63,150 nt of DNA, filler included, from Mobula hypostoma (GCF_963921235.1; 3 parts of 3 records of this genome joined end to end with filler, not necessarily neighbours in it); one strand, 5' to 3'; numbered from the whole stretch's first letter, positions 23,961 to 37,330 are shown. Notes: a model not told the origin generated them from the letters alone. Numbers and translations: made by a program.

Positions 23961-26089
23961 ATTGAATTTACCACAACAGTTCTCCAGCTGTTCTGCACGC
24001 TGGCTGCAGTACCCGGCAAGACTCCAGTTCCAGTTCAGGCCATCCCGTGTGCACAGATCCCAAGTTCACTGGAAGAGAGGCGAATGATCTAAAATTCTGA
24101 GGCCATCGATGACACACCTTCCCAGTCATAACCGAATAAAATATATTATCTTGTTATTTCTATCCTCGCTCGCACGTTTAGTAGTAATAATCTTGAAATC
24201 GCCATCCTGGATGTCCTGCAATTTACCGTATCACCACACTGTTTGATATCAAATAGCAGATCCTCAGTATCCTGTCTGCCTCTGCCAACTGCACCGCGGT
24301 GGGCTACGTCTTCTCGATTCTCAGTCTCTCTCGAAAGAATGCTGTGGACGATCCCAGATATCCCTGAAACGGACACAGGGCAAGTTTCATTGCCACCATC
24401 AATCTCGTGCCCATCCACCGACCCTGGTGACTTGTTCAAAACCGCTGAATCCCATATCACTGCTGCTCAACTGCATAACACCCTTTCCCTTCCGATTCAT
24501 AGAATCAAGCTGTGTGCCAGAGACCTGACTGTTGTGGTTATGCAGTACTAGGTCCCGCAACCCTGGACAATATCCACAAGAATATACTGCACTACTGCTA
24601 TCCCCTTTCCTTCTCCCGACAAGCGTCCAGTTACCTATCCCCTACACCTTAAGCGTATATTCCTACAGATATCTCGAGTCAATTTATGAGGATGAATGGA
24701 GAAAATATGGAGAAAATGTTCAAAGTTCAAAGAAAATTTATTACGAGTGCATATATGTCACACTTTACTACCTTGATATTCGTTTTAACAGGCATTTACA
24801 GGAAAATAGAGAAACGCATTCGCATCCAAGTTATTTCTCTAAGTTGCAAACAATGACATTTCTGCAACAGATCCATAGCACACCAGTAAGTCAGAGGATT
24901 CCTGTTTGAGAAGGAAACCTCATCACGCAGCTTCCTATAACTGGAGTAATGAGAATCCAATCCGCTATCAGCCCTTTATTCCCTGAAATCTAACCTTCTA
25001 ATCAAGACAGCAATGAGGAGCTTGTCAAATAATTTGGCGAAGTTCACCCACGATCCTACATTCATTCGTAGCCTTAATTATTCCAGTTTAGTCGATCATA
25101 ATCTCTCACGAATAAAAACGCGCGGACCATTGGAAAACAGACCCAACTCTCGGAATGGTGATACATCTCAATATTTCTCAGATAGTTTATAGCGACCTAA
25201 GATCATCTGATGCCAACCTCCTTGGCCTGTAGGCCCTTGCTTGTCTTCACGATCTCTTTCTGAACAATGACACTGCGTTAGCCACTTGCCAGTCCCCCTG
25301 AACTTGACCTGCGGCCAGAGATGAAAGGAAAATGTCTCACAAGTAAATAACACTCATTTAGTATATTTCTTTAATTTCGATTGCTTTCTCTATTGTAAAA
25401 TCCCAAGATAAATCTTCATTGAAGTTTTCACTCATTTTGTTTTATTCCACACAGTGATGACCATGCTTTTCTTTATGGGGACAAATTCTCTTTGTGCCTC
25501 CGTTTTACTTTCAGCATACCTTGGAATCCCATAGGGTTTTACTTCACCTCGCGTGACAGAAATATGTAATTTTCCCTCTTCTCTCCCTTACCTGTCTTGT
25601 GTGCGCACCTATGTGCTGCGGGTAAGCCTAGTAATTTCTAATGTAAGGACATGTTCCGCACAACTTTGTGGGCCGAAGGGCCTGTATTGTGCTGTAGATT
25701 TTCTATGTTTCTATGTTTACCCTTCATTCATCATCAAGGGATTCACTAGTTCCAAAATGCATATGTGTAGTGTAATCCGTTTTTTTTTTATTAACAAAGT
25801 GCCAATATCTTCCATGAAACTCCTTTCCCTGAACCCCCCAGCATTGTGATTCAGTCAGCTGATACATGTGGGTCATCAATTCTTCATATCACACTTATAA
25901 CGTCCTTCCATTTCGCAGGCACCCCGGCAAACTATCTCACCAGAACAAGCACAGCAAGATCTCACACAAGATCTCACGCAAAAAAAAAAAATTCACTGCC
26001 GCAGTTCAGGACCTTAACCTTTCAAATGGCCGCATATCCCTCCATAACTGATTTAAACAAAAATGATTATGAAGAGTGATAAGGTGACA

Positions 26090-26560
26090 TATTTTTCTTA
26101 AGGCTGAGAGCCTTCCAGCTGGTTGCCATATTATCTGGTCTGGAGGGCCAAAGTACGGGATGGGAAATGCAGCAGAAATTTGTAAACTGTGCCAGCTCCA
26201 TCAGGGGCAATAGTCTCCCCAGGATTCAGGACATCTTCAAAAGGAGATGCTTCTAAAAGGCTTCACCCATCATTAACAGCCCCACCGCTGTGTTCTGTCC
26301 TTTTCTCATTACTACCACTAAGGAGGAAGTGTAGGAATCTGAAGACACACGTGCAGGAACAGTTTCTTCCTTTCCGCCCTGAGATTTCTGAATGGACAAT
26401 GAACGTTACCTCAATATTTAGCTCTCTTTTCATACTGCCTAATTAATTTATTTTTGCTTTTCATATGTACTTCTTACTGTAATTTATAGTTTTTATTATT
26501 CCGCATTTCAGTACACTGGTGGCGCAAAACTACAAATTTCATGACATAATATAAGCTGAT
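26090..26560 (+). mobile_element. Rex1/Babar-like LINE 3' end
   Basis: Same WYG/SLP.IQDIF and HP....FSLLP.R pattern as 12585; (ctgatt)n tail near 26555-26575. Confidence 0.7.
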
Positions 26561-26989
26561 TCTGATTCTGATTCTAATATTTCACATCGGATTCTACTCC
26601 GAGTGCATCTTCCCGGTATTTACACAATTTCAGTCACTACAGTGAAATCGATTCTTTGCTTCTGGTGCTTTAGTAATACTATGGAAAACGATTGTATGGG
26701 AATGAAGTTTGAAATGTACTCGGACACTGGAGTTCAAGAGCTCGGGGATACATTGCATCAATCCATTTGGTCTTGATGTTCGTATTTTCACGACTGGTCC
26801 GTACTCGCAAAGAACCTGGAACACATGGACCTTTGGAAAGTAAATGCAAAGGTAGTTTTCGAGTTGTATTTGTTTCGCGTGTGCTCAGCTGATATTTGTG
26901 TGTAAGGAGCGATCGTAATAATGAAAAGGATTACTTAACATAACACGGAGCTAAATATTTCTTTGGGACCCAGTAAGGAGTTACTTCAC

Positions 26990-28700
26990 TCATCCCATCA
27001 CCCTCCTCCCCCCACACCAATGTTCACGATCCCAAACCGCAGGACCAAGAGGTCACTGGATCGCCGGCGTCTCCTTAAGAGAGGGGCATGTAAGGATGGG
27101 GAATGGGAGAAGCATGGAAGGAGGAAAACAGGGCCCAAACTCTGCCCCTCACTCTCTCCACCTTCACAACTCTATTTCAGCTCCATTTCTGTTTCTTTCC
27201 AACCCTGTCCTCTTCAAACCACCACTCCACCGCCCCCCGCCCCGCCCACAACCTTTCCGGGCATCATAACACAAGCGCCCAGTGAAAGAGGTTAGCAAGG
27301 AGCCATGTTAATGCAAGTTTATTGCCATTTGAATATATGCATGTAATTAACGTATATAGCTATACGTTATATAGTATATACAAATGACACTTCTGACGGG
27401 CCGAGTCTGCCTGCATGTATCGTCCCCTAATCCCTCAATGCTCCTAGTTCCTAGCTTTCTTGTCTTGTGGATCTCAAACCCAAGGCAGTCATTTATTGAC
27501 TGGGCAACCGGGAACCTTCTGGATATCTCTCTGGCTCAGAGATAGAGAGTTCCAACTCGGGAACTTGGAGAGAATATTGTCGTCAAGTCTCTGGATGGCA
27601 GATCTCTGGGGACCGACAAATTCCACCTTTCCACTGAAACCCTGTAACTTGTGATAGAAGGCAACGTTAGGGAACAACTTTCCTCTATCCTGATGCTACA
27701 TTCGAACTGCCTCTGGTGCGAGCTTACCTTGACTATCTCGACACAGCCCCCAGATCGATTGATCACTAAAGGCGCTACAAGAATGGGGATCGGCAGGTCT
27801 ATCTATCAGTTTGGGTCCAGCACAGGCCTCTCTAGTAACCCCACCTCTCCTAACCGCTAGCGTTGACCTGTCTTTCTTCCAGCTGAGCATGCTGATCTTC
27901 TTGGGGTGTTCAGTAACAAGAGGGCCACCTCCCTGCTTCAACACCAGCTAGACGACTGCGCCATTCACCTCTTACCCGACATTATCCCTTACTGGGGCTA
28001 GCTGTTTTTCCCTCTCTCGTCCTGAATCACTGGCTATCAAAGAGTACATTAAAGTTGCTTTGGCCTTCGGATTTATCCATCCAACATCCTCGCAAGCAGA
28101 AGCGAGATTATCTTTTGTGAGCAAGAAGGATGGCTAGCTCCGACCTCGTATATATTATAGGGTCCTCAACAACGTCACAGTGAGGAACCGTCCCCTCTTC
28201 CCATTAGTTAATTCCCATTAAGTCCATTCGGCAGTTTTCTTCACGCGGTTTGATTTTACTGTCACCTGCCGTCCACGCAGCAAGAATACTAAGGCCAGCG
28301 TATTTTCCTGGCAGTTCGACGTGTCTAAAGACAAGGCGAATCCAGAGCCCATCCTTCCTGACTTAGGCAGTGCTGCTTCGGTAATTTGCGGAACAGACAC
28401 AGAAGCTACGGCAGTCCCACAGTTGGACGCAGTCCCAGCTGGGCACCTCCAAACCTGCTGTTCTTCGCTGCAAGGGTGCTCCCGAGAGAGGTGGAGTGGG
28501 GAACACCCTTCCCGTCTGGTTGGCCACCCAGGAATTCAACGGACCCTGAAATTTATGAAGAGACAATTTTGGTAGCCATTTATGACAAGAACATCATCTA
28601 CGACTTCATCATTGCCTGCCCTTCTTGTGCACAGAACAAGACATTATGCTGGCGCTCTCCGGGCCTGCTATGCTTCAATGCAAGAGTACCGTGGGAAAGG
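26990..28700 (+). mobile_element. Ty3/Gypsy (Sushi/chromovirus-like) LTR retrotransposon, internally deleted gag-pol relic
   Basis: Gag end PMF..DRRRLLKRGAC; protease FID..LAQR*RVP..VKSLDGRSLG; RT start [70 protein letters not shown]; integrase zinc finger GHPGIQRT..RQFW..IIACPSCAQNK. Confidence 0.88.
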
Positions 28701-29109
28701 CAGGGAACCTCAGGTCATAAGTCAAAACCTGGAATTATGATATTGTAGCCATTAGTGAGACTTGGTTGCAGGAGGGGCAGAACTGACTTCCCTATATTCC
28801 AGAGATACATGAATCATCCTCTGGAATACTGATCATATTACTGTGCAAGCCGTACGACATCGAAATCGATGGACAGCCAAAAAAAGAAGATACTGTTATT
28901 ACCCACGGATGTGTTTGAACATTCATCCCACAATTAGAAAGCTTACTCCAAAATTTGGATCGCTCAATATTTCATTTGCCTTATCAGAGTGTGTTTTAAT
29001 TGCTTCAGTGTGTTTTGTCCATTGATGGATTATATCCCTTGCCTCCTCCACAACACCTGTCCAGTCTGCAGTCAAGTGAGGAAATGGTGGCAAATCAGTA
29101 GCAACATAG

Positions 29110-29196
29110 TTTGACGGGATCCTGAATTATCCTTTATGAACTGTGCTTTTAAAAAAAGAGAGAGAGAGATCTGTACAGCGCAAGCAATTTGTTACT

Positions 29197-29231
<35 letters not shown>

Positions 29232-29763
29232 TGAGAGACAGACAGAGAGGCGAGGACTGCTCACAGTTTGTTTGAGTTTGTTTGAAATTTCTGCAAGGAC
29301 ACTGCCAGCTCTGAGTTCCCACAGAGAGAGAAGGGAGGAGCTACTTGATGGGCAGCTGGTGCTCAGCGTGATGAGATAAATGCAAGGTTAGCTGGCTGTT
29401 AGACACATATGTTTTCGACACTGGATGAGCTTTGTTGAGCCGACAGAAGGGTGGGTTTTTGGAGGATCGATCAGGAGAATCGATCAGTGGCTCTCACAGT
29501 TTGGAAAAGGTGTGACTGGCGGGAGGTGTTGCCAACCCTCGTCTGGGTTGATAACTCCCCCACAGAAGACGGTCTCTTTGTTGTGGTCATATTCGGTGAC
29601 TTCTAAAGGATTTTGGAGGATAAAGGGAAGAATCAACGGCATCGGCTTACTCGGACAACCACAACACCTCTCCCTCTCCATCACTACTCACTACTCAACT
29701 GAATGCTACGAACTGAACTGAACTTTATCCATCATAATAAGACTGTATCCATTTACCCCTAGG
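29110..29763 (+). mobile_element. LTR (cut off by the linker)
   Basis: Internal (GA)n. Shares gaactgaactgaacttt...catttacccctag with the solo LTR at 42531-43368. Confidence 0.6.
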
Positions 29764-29863
29764 NNNNNNNNNNNNNNNNNNNNNNNNNNNNNNNNNNNNN
29801 NNNNNNNTTAATTAATTAANNNNNNNNNNNNNNNNNNNNNNNNNNNNNNNNNNNNNNNNNNNN
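29764..29863. other. Artificial linker: 44 N + TTAATTAATTAA + 44 N
   Basis: The palindromic 12-mer puts stop codons in all six frames; same design at 44485. Confidence 0.97.
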
Positions 29864-32165
29864 TAAAACAAACAATCAGATAGTCACCAACACTTGATTT
29901 AAACAACATTCAAGAAGGAAATGGACATGGAGAAGCCCAGACGGGAACAACAAAAATCAAATCGACTACATAACAATCAATAACAGATTCAAAAACTCGA
30001 TAACTCAATCTAAAAGCTACCCTGGAGCAGACTGTGGAAGCGACCACATACCAGTCATTTGCAAAATGAAAATAAAGATGAGAAAATTAAAGAAACCAAA
30101 AAGATCAGAACGCTGGATTATCAACAACTACAAAACAACCCTCATCTGAAAACAGAATACACAATCAAGGTGAAAAACCATTTTCAATTGCTGCAGGATG
30201 AAGGCGGCAAATCTTCCTGGGACATACTGAAGGAATTCATGGTTGTAGCTGCAAAAGAAACCATCCCACGAAAAGAACTGAAAAGTAAGAAGAAATGGAT
30301 AACTGAAGATATAATACAATTGATGCAACAAAAATAGACCATCAAACTAAGAGACAGCGAAGAATACAAACAACTTGATAAGACAATAAAAAGAACATGC
30401 AGAGAAGCTAAAGACAGATGGCTAAATGAAAATTGCTCAGAGATAGAAATGCTACAAACCCATAATCCTGGAACAAAGTTGATGCACAATAAGATTAAAG
30501 AACTAATGGGGAAATTACCTTGCTCAGCAAGTGGATGCATCAAGGCGAAAGATGGCAGCTTAATTATGAACAAAGAGGAAATCCTAAACAGATGGACAGA
30601 ATATATAAAAGAACTTTTTGAAGACCAAAGAGGAGAAAAAACGAACATAAAAAATCTTGAAGCACCCAGCATTCTAAAATCAGAAATTCGAGCAGCCGTA
30701 AATAAATAAAACATAACAGAGCAACTGGTCCAGACATCGCTGTTGAAATGATACTGGCCTTAGAAGATTTTGGAATAGAGAAAATAATAGAAATGGCAAA
30801 TGAAATCTATGATCATGGGGAGATACCTGATGATTTAAGTAAATCAGTGTTCATCACACTTCTAAAGAAAGAGGGAGCAACGGAATGTGAGTTACATCGT
30901 ACAATAAGCCTGATGAGCCACATGGCAAAAATTATTCTCAGAGTAATCATGATGAGAGCAAGACACTGTATAAAACCAGAAATCAGTAAAGAACATGCGG
31001 CTTTGTGGAAAACACTGGAACAAGAAATGCAATTTTCATGCTATGGATGATCTGTGAACGAGCCATCCAGGTACAAAAAGACATCTACCTATGTTTCATT
31101 GACTATACAAAAGCTTTTGACACCGTCAGACAGCAAGATCTTCTGGAAATGCTTCAAGATCTTGACATAGATGGGAAAGATAAATGTTTCTTAAGAAACT
31201 TATACTGGGACCAGACATCATCCATCAGATTAGAAGGAGAAGTGAGTGAGTATGTGAATATCATGAGAGGAGTCAGGCAAGATTGTGTCTTTTCGCCAGA
31301 CTTATTCAACCTGTATAGTGAAAATATCTTGAGAAGTATCAAAGACAAAGGATCCACAACTGGAGGCCATAATATAAATAACATCAGATATGCTGATGAC
31401 ATCGTAGTAATAGCTTACTCAGAAACAAAACTTCAAGAACTATTCACGACAGTGGCAGTAGAAAGTAATCGCAGAGCCCTCTCAATCAACACCAAGACGA
31501 CAGAAAGCATGGTCATCTCCAGAAAGACAAACATCCCACAATGTGTGATCAAGATCGGAAATACAAACATCAAACAAGTCAACAAATTCAAATATCTTGG
31601 CAGCCTAATAACAAGTAATGGCAGATGCGACACAGATATCAAATACAGAATAGCAATGGCGAAAGAAGCTTTCCAAAAAATCAAGGCCATATTAACAGAC
31701 AGAAAGATGAGCAGGTACACTAAAAACAGAATACTGCAGTGCCTCATTTATTCTATCCTGACTTATGGAAGTGAACGCTGGACCATTTCTCCAGCAATGG
31801 AAAAGAGACTAGAAGCAGCTGAATTATGGTTCTACAGGAGAATGTTAAAAATATCATGGACCACACACACATCAAATGAAGAAGTTCTCAGAAGAGCCCA
31901 AGCAGTTCGATCACTCATACCAACAATAAGAGAAAGACAACTCAAGATTCCTAGGACACATCATGCGGAAAGATGAACTAGAAAAACTCATACTCTGGAA
32001 AGATTGAGGGGAGCAAACCTAGAGGAAGACCTCGGCTTATGCACACCAAAAGCTTAGCCAGGTGGCTACACATCGAGGAAATGGAAGTCATCCAAAAAAT
32101 GAAGGCTAGATCTATATGGAAAACCATGGTCACCAAAGTCCGCATCGGATATGGTACCTAGACAA
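29864..32165 (+). mobile_element. RTE-clade LINE (APE C-terminus + RT), disabled
   Basis: [76 protein letters not shown] and LTYGSE motifs; several frameshifts. Confidence 0.93.
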
Positions 32166-32351
32166 ACAGCTCTTTTTAAAAAAATTCATTTACACAATGA
32201 CTTCAGAACGTAGAAACATCATCCAAACCACTTTGTAGGACTGTCAATTAGTAAGATACTAAAGCACAAATGTTGAAAGCTGCAAATGCTAGATCTGAAA
32301 GAGAAATATCAAATGCTGACAGTCAAGCAGTACCGAATTAAAGGAAGATGT

Positions 32352-32915
32352 GATGACTGTAAGAACTACTGTCTCACTGATCCAGTGACCTGGGTTTAGC
32401 TCTGACAACTGGCTCTATGTGGCGCTTGCATGTTCTCCCTGTGACTCCATAGGTTTCTACGAGTTGTTCTGTTTCTCTGACATTCCAAAGATATATAGGT
32501 TGGTAGGTTAACTGGCCTCTCTAAATTGTTGCTATTCTGTAGGCCTCCTTCAGTCTCATGAAGGTTTCCAGGGCGTAGGCCTGGGCAAGGTTGTATGGAA
32601 GACTGGCAGTTGCCCATGTTGCAAGTCTCCCCTCTCCACGTCACTGGTTATCCAAGGGAAGGGCATTAGGATCCATACAGCTTGGCACTGGTGTCGTCAT
32701 AGAGTAATGTGTGGTTAAGTGCCTTGCTCAAGGACACACACACAGCCTCAGCCAAGGCTCAAACTAGTGACCTTCAGATCACGAGATGAACGCCTTAACC
32801 ACTTGGCCAATTGTTGCTAGGGTGTGGATAAATGGGAGAGATTGGGGGTGGGATAGTGGACAATGTTGGGATTAGTGTAAATGGATGCTTGATGGTTAAT
32901 GTGTCATCAGAGGTC
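32352..32915 (+). mobile_element. HE1/V-SINE-type SINE interrupted by a second SINE
   Basis: Diverged V-domain (ttgcatgttctccctgtgact..ggtttc..tccaaaga) at 32420-32500; the body resumes at ~32815. Confidence 0.65.
32545..32815 (-). mobile_element. tRNA-derived SINE with CORE-like segment
   Basis: Reverse complement has A-box TGGCCAAGTGG, B-box-like GTTTGAGCC, then gtgtccttgagcaaggcacttaacc. Confidence 0.75.
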
Positions 32916-33464
32916 TTTGGTTGGAGACGGAAAAATTCAAGAGTTTAGGATTAAGGGGAGAATCCAAGAATTTAGGCAGTTGTAGAGAGGGACAGTCAAA
33001 GATGACACATTAATTTGATCAACCTCTTTAGAAACGTACATTAACACTTAAATCTCCTTTCAGGCAAGAAGCTAATCTATCCAGCAAATGTTCGGGGGCA
33101 AGACATGGAACAGTTCCCCCACTCAGTTCCAAACACATCAAATCACCAACTGCCTGAGAAGGTTATACAAGCAAATCTGTGCATCAATAGCCAATACAAA
33201 TGAGCTTCAGTAACGTCAAGAAAGAATTGTGGGCATGCAATGTGGCGACACGTGCAGGCTGCCCCCAGCACAATCCGCATCGATTTGACGCAAATGATAT
33301 ATTTCACTGCACGTTTCGATGTACATTTGACAAGTAAAGCTGATCTTTAATCTTTGAGCGAATCTTCGATACAACTTACAATTGGATATTTAAATTAAGG
33401 TGCTGTTGAGGAAATACAGGCAAATCCAAAAAGAGTCAGGTTTAATATTCATACAACTATACAT

Positions 33465-33845
33465 TCAGTGGGTGGCAGGGGGGAGATACATCTCTACCAA
33501 AGAAGTAAGGTGCTCCTTCCCCCTGCTAGCCTGCAGGTCACCTTTCGACAAGGCGCAGCATCTGCTTAGCTCCTCAATCAGGGTCACGTGAAACCACAGG
33601 AGCAGGTGGTGGATGGTTGCATGAGCAGCCAGTGCAGATCACAAGACCTGGTTATGCGATCAATGACGCCAGGCAGACAATCCCTGAAGAGTATTGATGA
33701 TGACTGGGATCACCCCTCTTGTAAAGACACTGCCCAGAAGACGACAATGGTAAATCACTTCTGTAGGAAAATTTGCCAAGAACAATCATGTTCAGGGGAA
33801 GACGACGATTGCCCACATCATACAACATGGCACATAATAAATGAA
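33465..33845 (+). mobile_element. Recurrent ~380-bp non-autonomous retroposon
   Basis: Aligns by eye along its length with the minus-strand copy split at 39325-39456 and 40566-40790. Confidence 0.7.
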
Positions 33846-34355
33846 CAATCCATTCAAGGTTTAATATTCATAGCACTATACATTCAAGTTTATTTGCATC
33901 ACTTTAAAAGGTTGCAGCAATTGTGAGATTTAAAAAAATACCATTTAAGAAATATTCTAGAGGACCACAAGGTTAATTGAGTCCTGACAATTCAGTGATA
34001 CCTGCACAGAATGCCTACCATTTCTTCCCACAAAACCCACCCCACCAATAAGTCTCATTGCAACTGGAGTCCGAGGGCTGGAAACAAATTGCCCATTGAT
34101 TGGAACTAGCAACAGATCAGCAGTGGGAAGAATCAATTCTTGTACCACTGCAGACTCCCCGTGATTCTTGCAGACTTGTAATAGAAACAATGGTGGTGTA
34201 AAACTCAGCAGGTCAGGCAGTCTCTGTGGAAGGAGAAATGACAGCCACTGTTTCAGGTCCTATCCCCTTCATTAGAACTGATAAACTGTTCCCCACCTAA
34301 AAGCCAGTCACAGACTTTCGTAGCCTGTCAGACTTTTTTTTGACTGATTTTTTTT

Positions 34356-34655
34356 TTGTTTCAAACAGTGTGGAAACAGGCCCTTTGGCCCACAGAGTCC
34401 GCACTGGACATCAAACTCCATTATCAGTCTGACATTACTCCCATTTCATCCTCTCCCCAATGTCATCAACTATCCCCTGATTCTACCACTCACCTACCCA
34501 GTAGGGACAATTTCAGTGGCCATTTAACTATCAATCTGCACATTTTTGGGGATGTAGGGGGAAACCCACGCGGTCACCGGGCGGACAAACAGACCAGAGG
34601 TAGGACCGAACCCAGCTCTCTGGAGCTGGGAGCCAGCGGCTGTACCAGCCATGAC
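34356..34655 (-). mobile_element. HE1/V-SINE-type SINE
   Basis: ggaaacccacgcggtcac V-domain and CR1-type tail (aggccctttggcccac) in reverse orientation. Confidence 0.7.
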
Positions 34656-36026
34656 ATTGTGCTGCTGTTAACTGTTTCTCTTTCCACATGTGCTACCTGA
34701 CATGGTGAGCTTTTCCTAACATTTTCTATCTTTATTTCAGATTTCCAGCACCTGCAATTATTTTAATTTATCCCCATAAACTTGTAGCTAATACAAATCA
34801 CTTAGTGTACAAGGTGCAGTTTCTGCACTCAGTGTCTAACACTCCAGAAAAGCCTTTTAGTGCAGTTGCTTCACTGCACGATTCTTGTGAATATTACAAT
34901 CAAAAGCATAGGAAGTATATTGCTTGTCCACAAAGGCCACTGCAGACTAGTGGACCATAGGAGTAGGAACTCTCTTGAGTCACTCAATCCAAGGTGCTGT
35001 AAACAAAGGCAGTGCCTGACGCCATCATTGACAAAACAGACAAATCCATAATCAATATCCGGCTAAAGTTACTGTGCTAATAGTGAAGCTTTCCTACCTT
35101 GCTGCTAACATACAGTCTTGGCAGTGGATAAGATATACACACTTCAGCCAAAATAGTGTCACATTAAATGCTAGCGCTGGGGTTGGCCCCTTACTGGAAT
35201 CCACTCCAATTGCATTGATTTCCAGTCCATACATATGACAGGTAAAATTCTCCAGAGGTTATTTAGCAGATGTCAAATCATAAATCAAACAGAATTAGAA
35301 AAACTGCATTACTGTGTAAAGTTAACTCTAACAATTTTCTTCATTGTAAAGTGTAAACCATATGACGAAAAGGCACAATGTCTCCGTGCACCAGCTGGTG
35401 GGAAGCTTCTAATGTTTCTGCGTTTTTTATGAAGTCTCATAACTCCTAAAATTTAGGATTCAGGTCAAGATTGTGATGCTTCGAGGGAGTGGAAATATGT
35501 GCAGAGTCAGGGGGAAATAACATACGAATCCATCTGTACCCTGAAATGAATGATGAAACTTTACGTAGAAATCATACTCCAATTCTTCCGAATGGCTGAA
35601 TGAACAATTTGCATCTTAAAATGTGCTAAAACGGTTTAAATGTAACCAGGTGACAAGGGATCTTTGTGCCATGGATTACAATTGGTTTGAATTGTCCAAA
35701 GTCTGTGATGCAGTTGTGTACATAGTCGCTTCCAAACGAATCTCAGAGTTCCTCACCTCCAGTTTCCAGCAGTATTGGAGCAGAGACTATACATTGTAAA
35801 ACAAAGACTGTTGCTGTTTCTTCCCCCACACAGAAATTGCTGTCGGTTGCCTGATTTAGCAGACAAGCGTCTCTGTTCCCCATAAAAAGCTGTGACATTG
35901 TCCTGGGGTTGTCATTATAAAGATCAGGATGTCCAGCATCACACAGGGATTTGAGAGTAAAAACAATGGAACACAAGTCAGAGATGTGTAATTAAGCCTA
36001 GGCCCAAGCGAAGAGGGGTAGTGTTC

Positions 36027-36959
36027 TCAGTGGGGTATTGGCGTAATCCTCATGCTCTGTGAGGCGATGGCATAGCTGACCATCGGGGTGGTGGCATGGC
36101 TCACTGTGATGCCCGGGATGGCCTGTGTGATGGAGACGGGCGCGGCCATGCTCTGCGCTATCGTCTGGGCCAGGGCCAGCTCGGGAGCCAAGTGGGGCCC
36201 AGGGGGCGGTGGGGCAGCGCTGGCTGGGGGCACGGCACTGGCGGCGGGCACCAGCTCCTGCCGGGACGGCAGCGTCTGGCTGCTCAGCGAGTTGTGGGCC
36301 TGCACGATGGTGTGGTTGTAGGCGGTGACGGCGGCCACGGTGGGCGGAGCCAGCTGCTGCTCGTTGGCCAGCGTCACCACCTTGGGCTGGTTGCGGTAGA
36401 GCGCGTTCTGTTCTAGCAGGACCTCGTTGGTGGCCATCAGGTTGGACGCCTGCTTCTTCAGCTCCTCCACCCTCTTGCGCAGCATTAGGTTCTCCTCCTC
36501 CAGGTAGCGGTAGTCCACTGGGAAGGGGCGCGGCACACCGTAGTCATACAGGTCGAACCGCATGCTCTCCAGCCGCCGTCTCTTCAGCAGGTGCCCGCCG
36601 TACTCATCACAGAGGTCGGTGCACGGGTCGAAGCGGTGTGTGGCGGCCATGGACGGGCGCGCCGGATCGTAGGGGCCACCACTACCGCCAGCAAGCTCCG
36701 ACTCCACGTGGCGAAACTTGCACTTGGCTCCCCGCTGGCAGTCTCCGTTCAGGTAGTCACGGCAGATGGGCACCTCGCCCTTGGCCAGGGGCAGCTCGTC
36801 AGCCGAGGCACCCGGCTCGGACGCCTCGATTACCTCCGGGTGCTGGAACTTGCAGCGCTTGCCCCGTTTGCAGACGTTACGCAGGAAGTCCCGGCACACA
36901 TCACCCGAGCTGCTGCCGCCCTTGTCTCCACTGCTGGTGAAGTTATCCTTCTCTGGCAT
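36027..36959 (-). CDS. ZC3H10: Zinc finger CCCH domain-containing protein 10 (310 aa, single coding exon)
   Basis: CRDFLRNVCKRGKRC..H, EVPICRD.L.GDCQRGAKCKFRH, coiled coil LEEENLMLRKRVEELKKQ.SNL.ATNEVLLEQN and C-terminal IASQSMRIT..PH match vertebrate ZC3H10. High GC3. Acceptor tgcctttcAG ends at 36989, 29 nt upstream of the ATG. Confidence 0.96.
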   Translation of the reverse strand: MPEKDNFTSSGDKGGSSSGDVCRDFLRNVCKRGKRCKFQHPEVIEASEPGASADELPLAKGEVPICRDYLNGDCQRGAKCKFRHVESELAGGSGGPYDPARPSMAATHRFDPCTDLCDEYGGHLLKRRRLESMRFDLYDYGVPRPFPVDYRYLEEENLMLRKRVEELKKQASNLMATNEVLLEQNALYRNQPKVVTLANEQQLAPPTVAAVTAYNHTIVQAHNSLSSQTLPSRQELVPAASAVPPASAAPPPPGPHLAPELALAQTIAQSMAAPVSITQAIPGITVSHATTPMVSYAIASQSMRITPIPH

Positions 36960-37004
36960 CGTGAGCTGGTCTCACCGGACTGGACGCACTGAAAGGCAAC
37001 ATAG

Positions 37005-37330
37005 AACAGTATAGTGCTGGACAGGCCATTCCCCACACGATACCGTGCCCATCTGAGGCCAATTTATACTGAGAGTTTTATTCACTTGGGACAAGCACTC
37101 TTCTCATTACTACCTACAGGGAGGAGGGATAAGAGTCCAAAGACCCAGACTCAACGCACAAATGGAACAGCTTCTTCCCGTCTGCCATCACATTTCTGAA
37201 CAGTCCATGAACAGAACCTCGCTATTCCTTTTTTGCATCATTCATTTTTGTTTTAACTTTTTTCTACATCTTGCTGCCACAAAAGCACTAATTTTGCCAC
37301 GTGTCAGTAATAATAAATCTAATTCTGACA
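37005..37330 (+). mobile_element. Rex1/Babar-like LINE 3' end in the ZC3H10 intron (antisense to the gene)
   Basis: ALFSLLPTGRR..S.KTQT.R..NSFFPSAI pattern. Confidence 0.65.

Noticed and set aside
24200-24480. Hydrophobic frame ILSILSASANCTAVGYVFSILSLSRK resembling a TM helix
   Set aside because: Flanked by stops, with no family motif or splice signals.
36088-37014. Plus-strand ORFs antisense to ZC3H10
   Set aside because: Shadow ORFs caused by the high GC3 of the real CDS.
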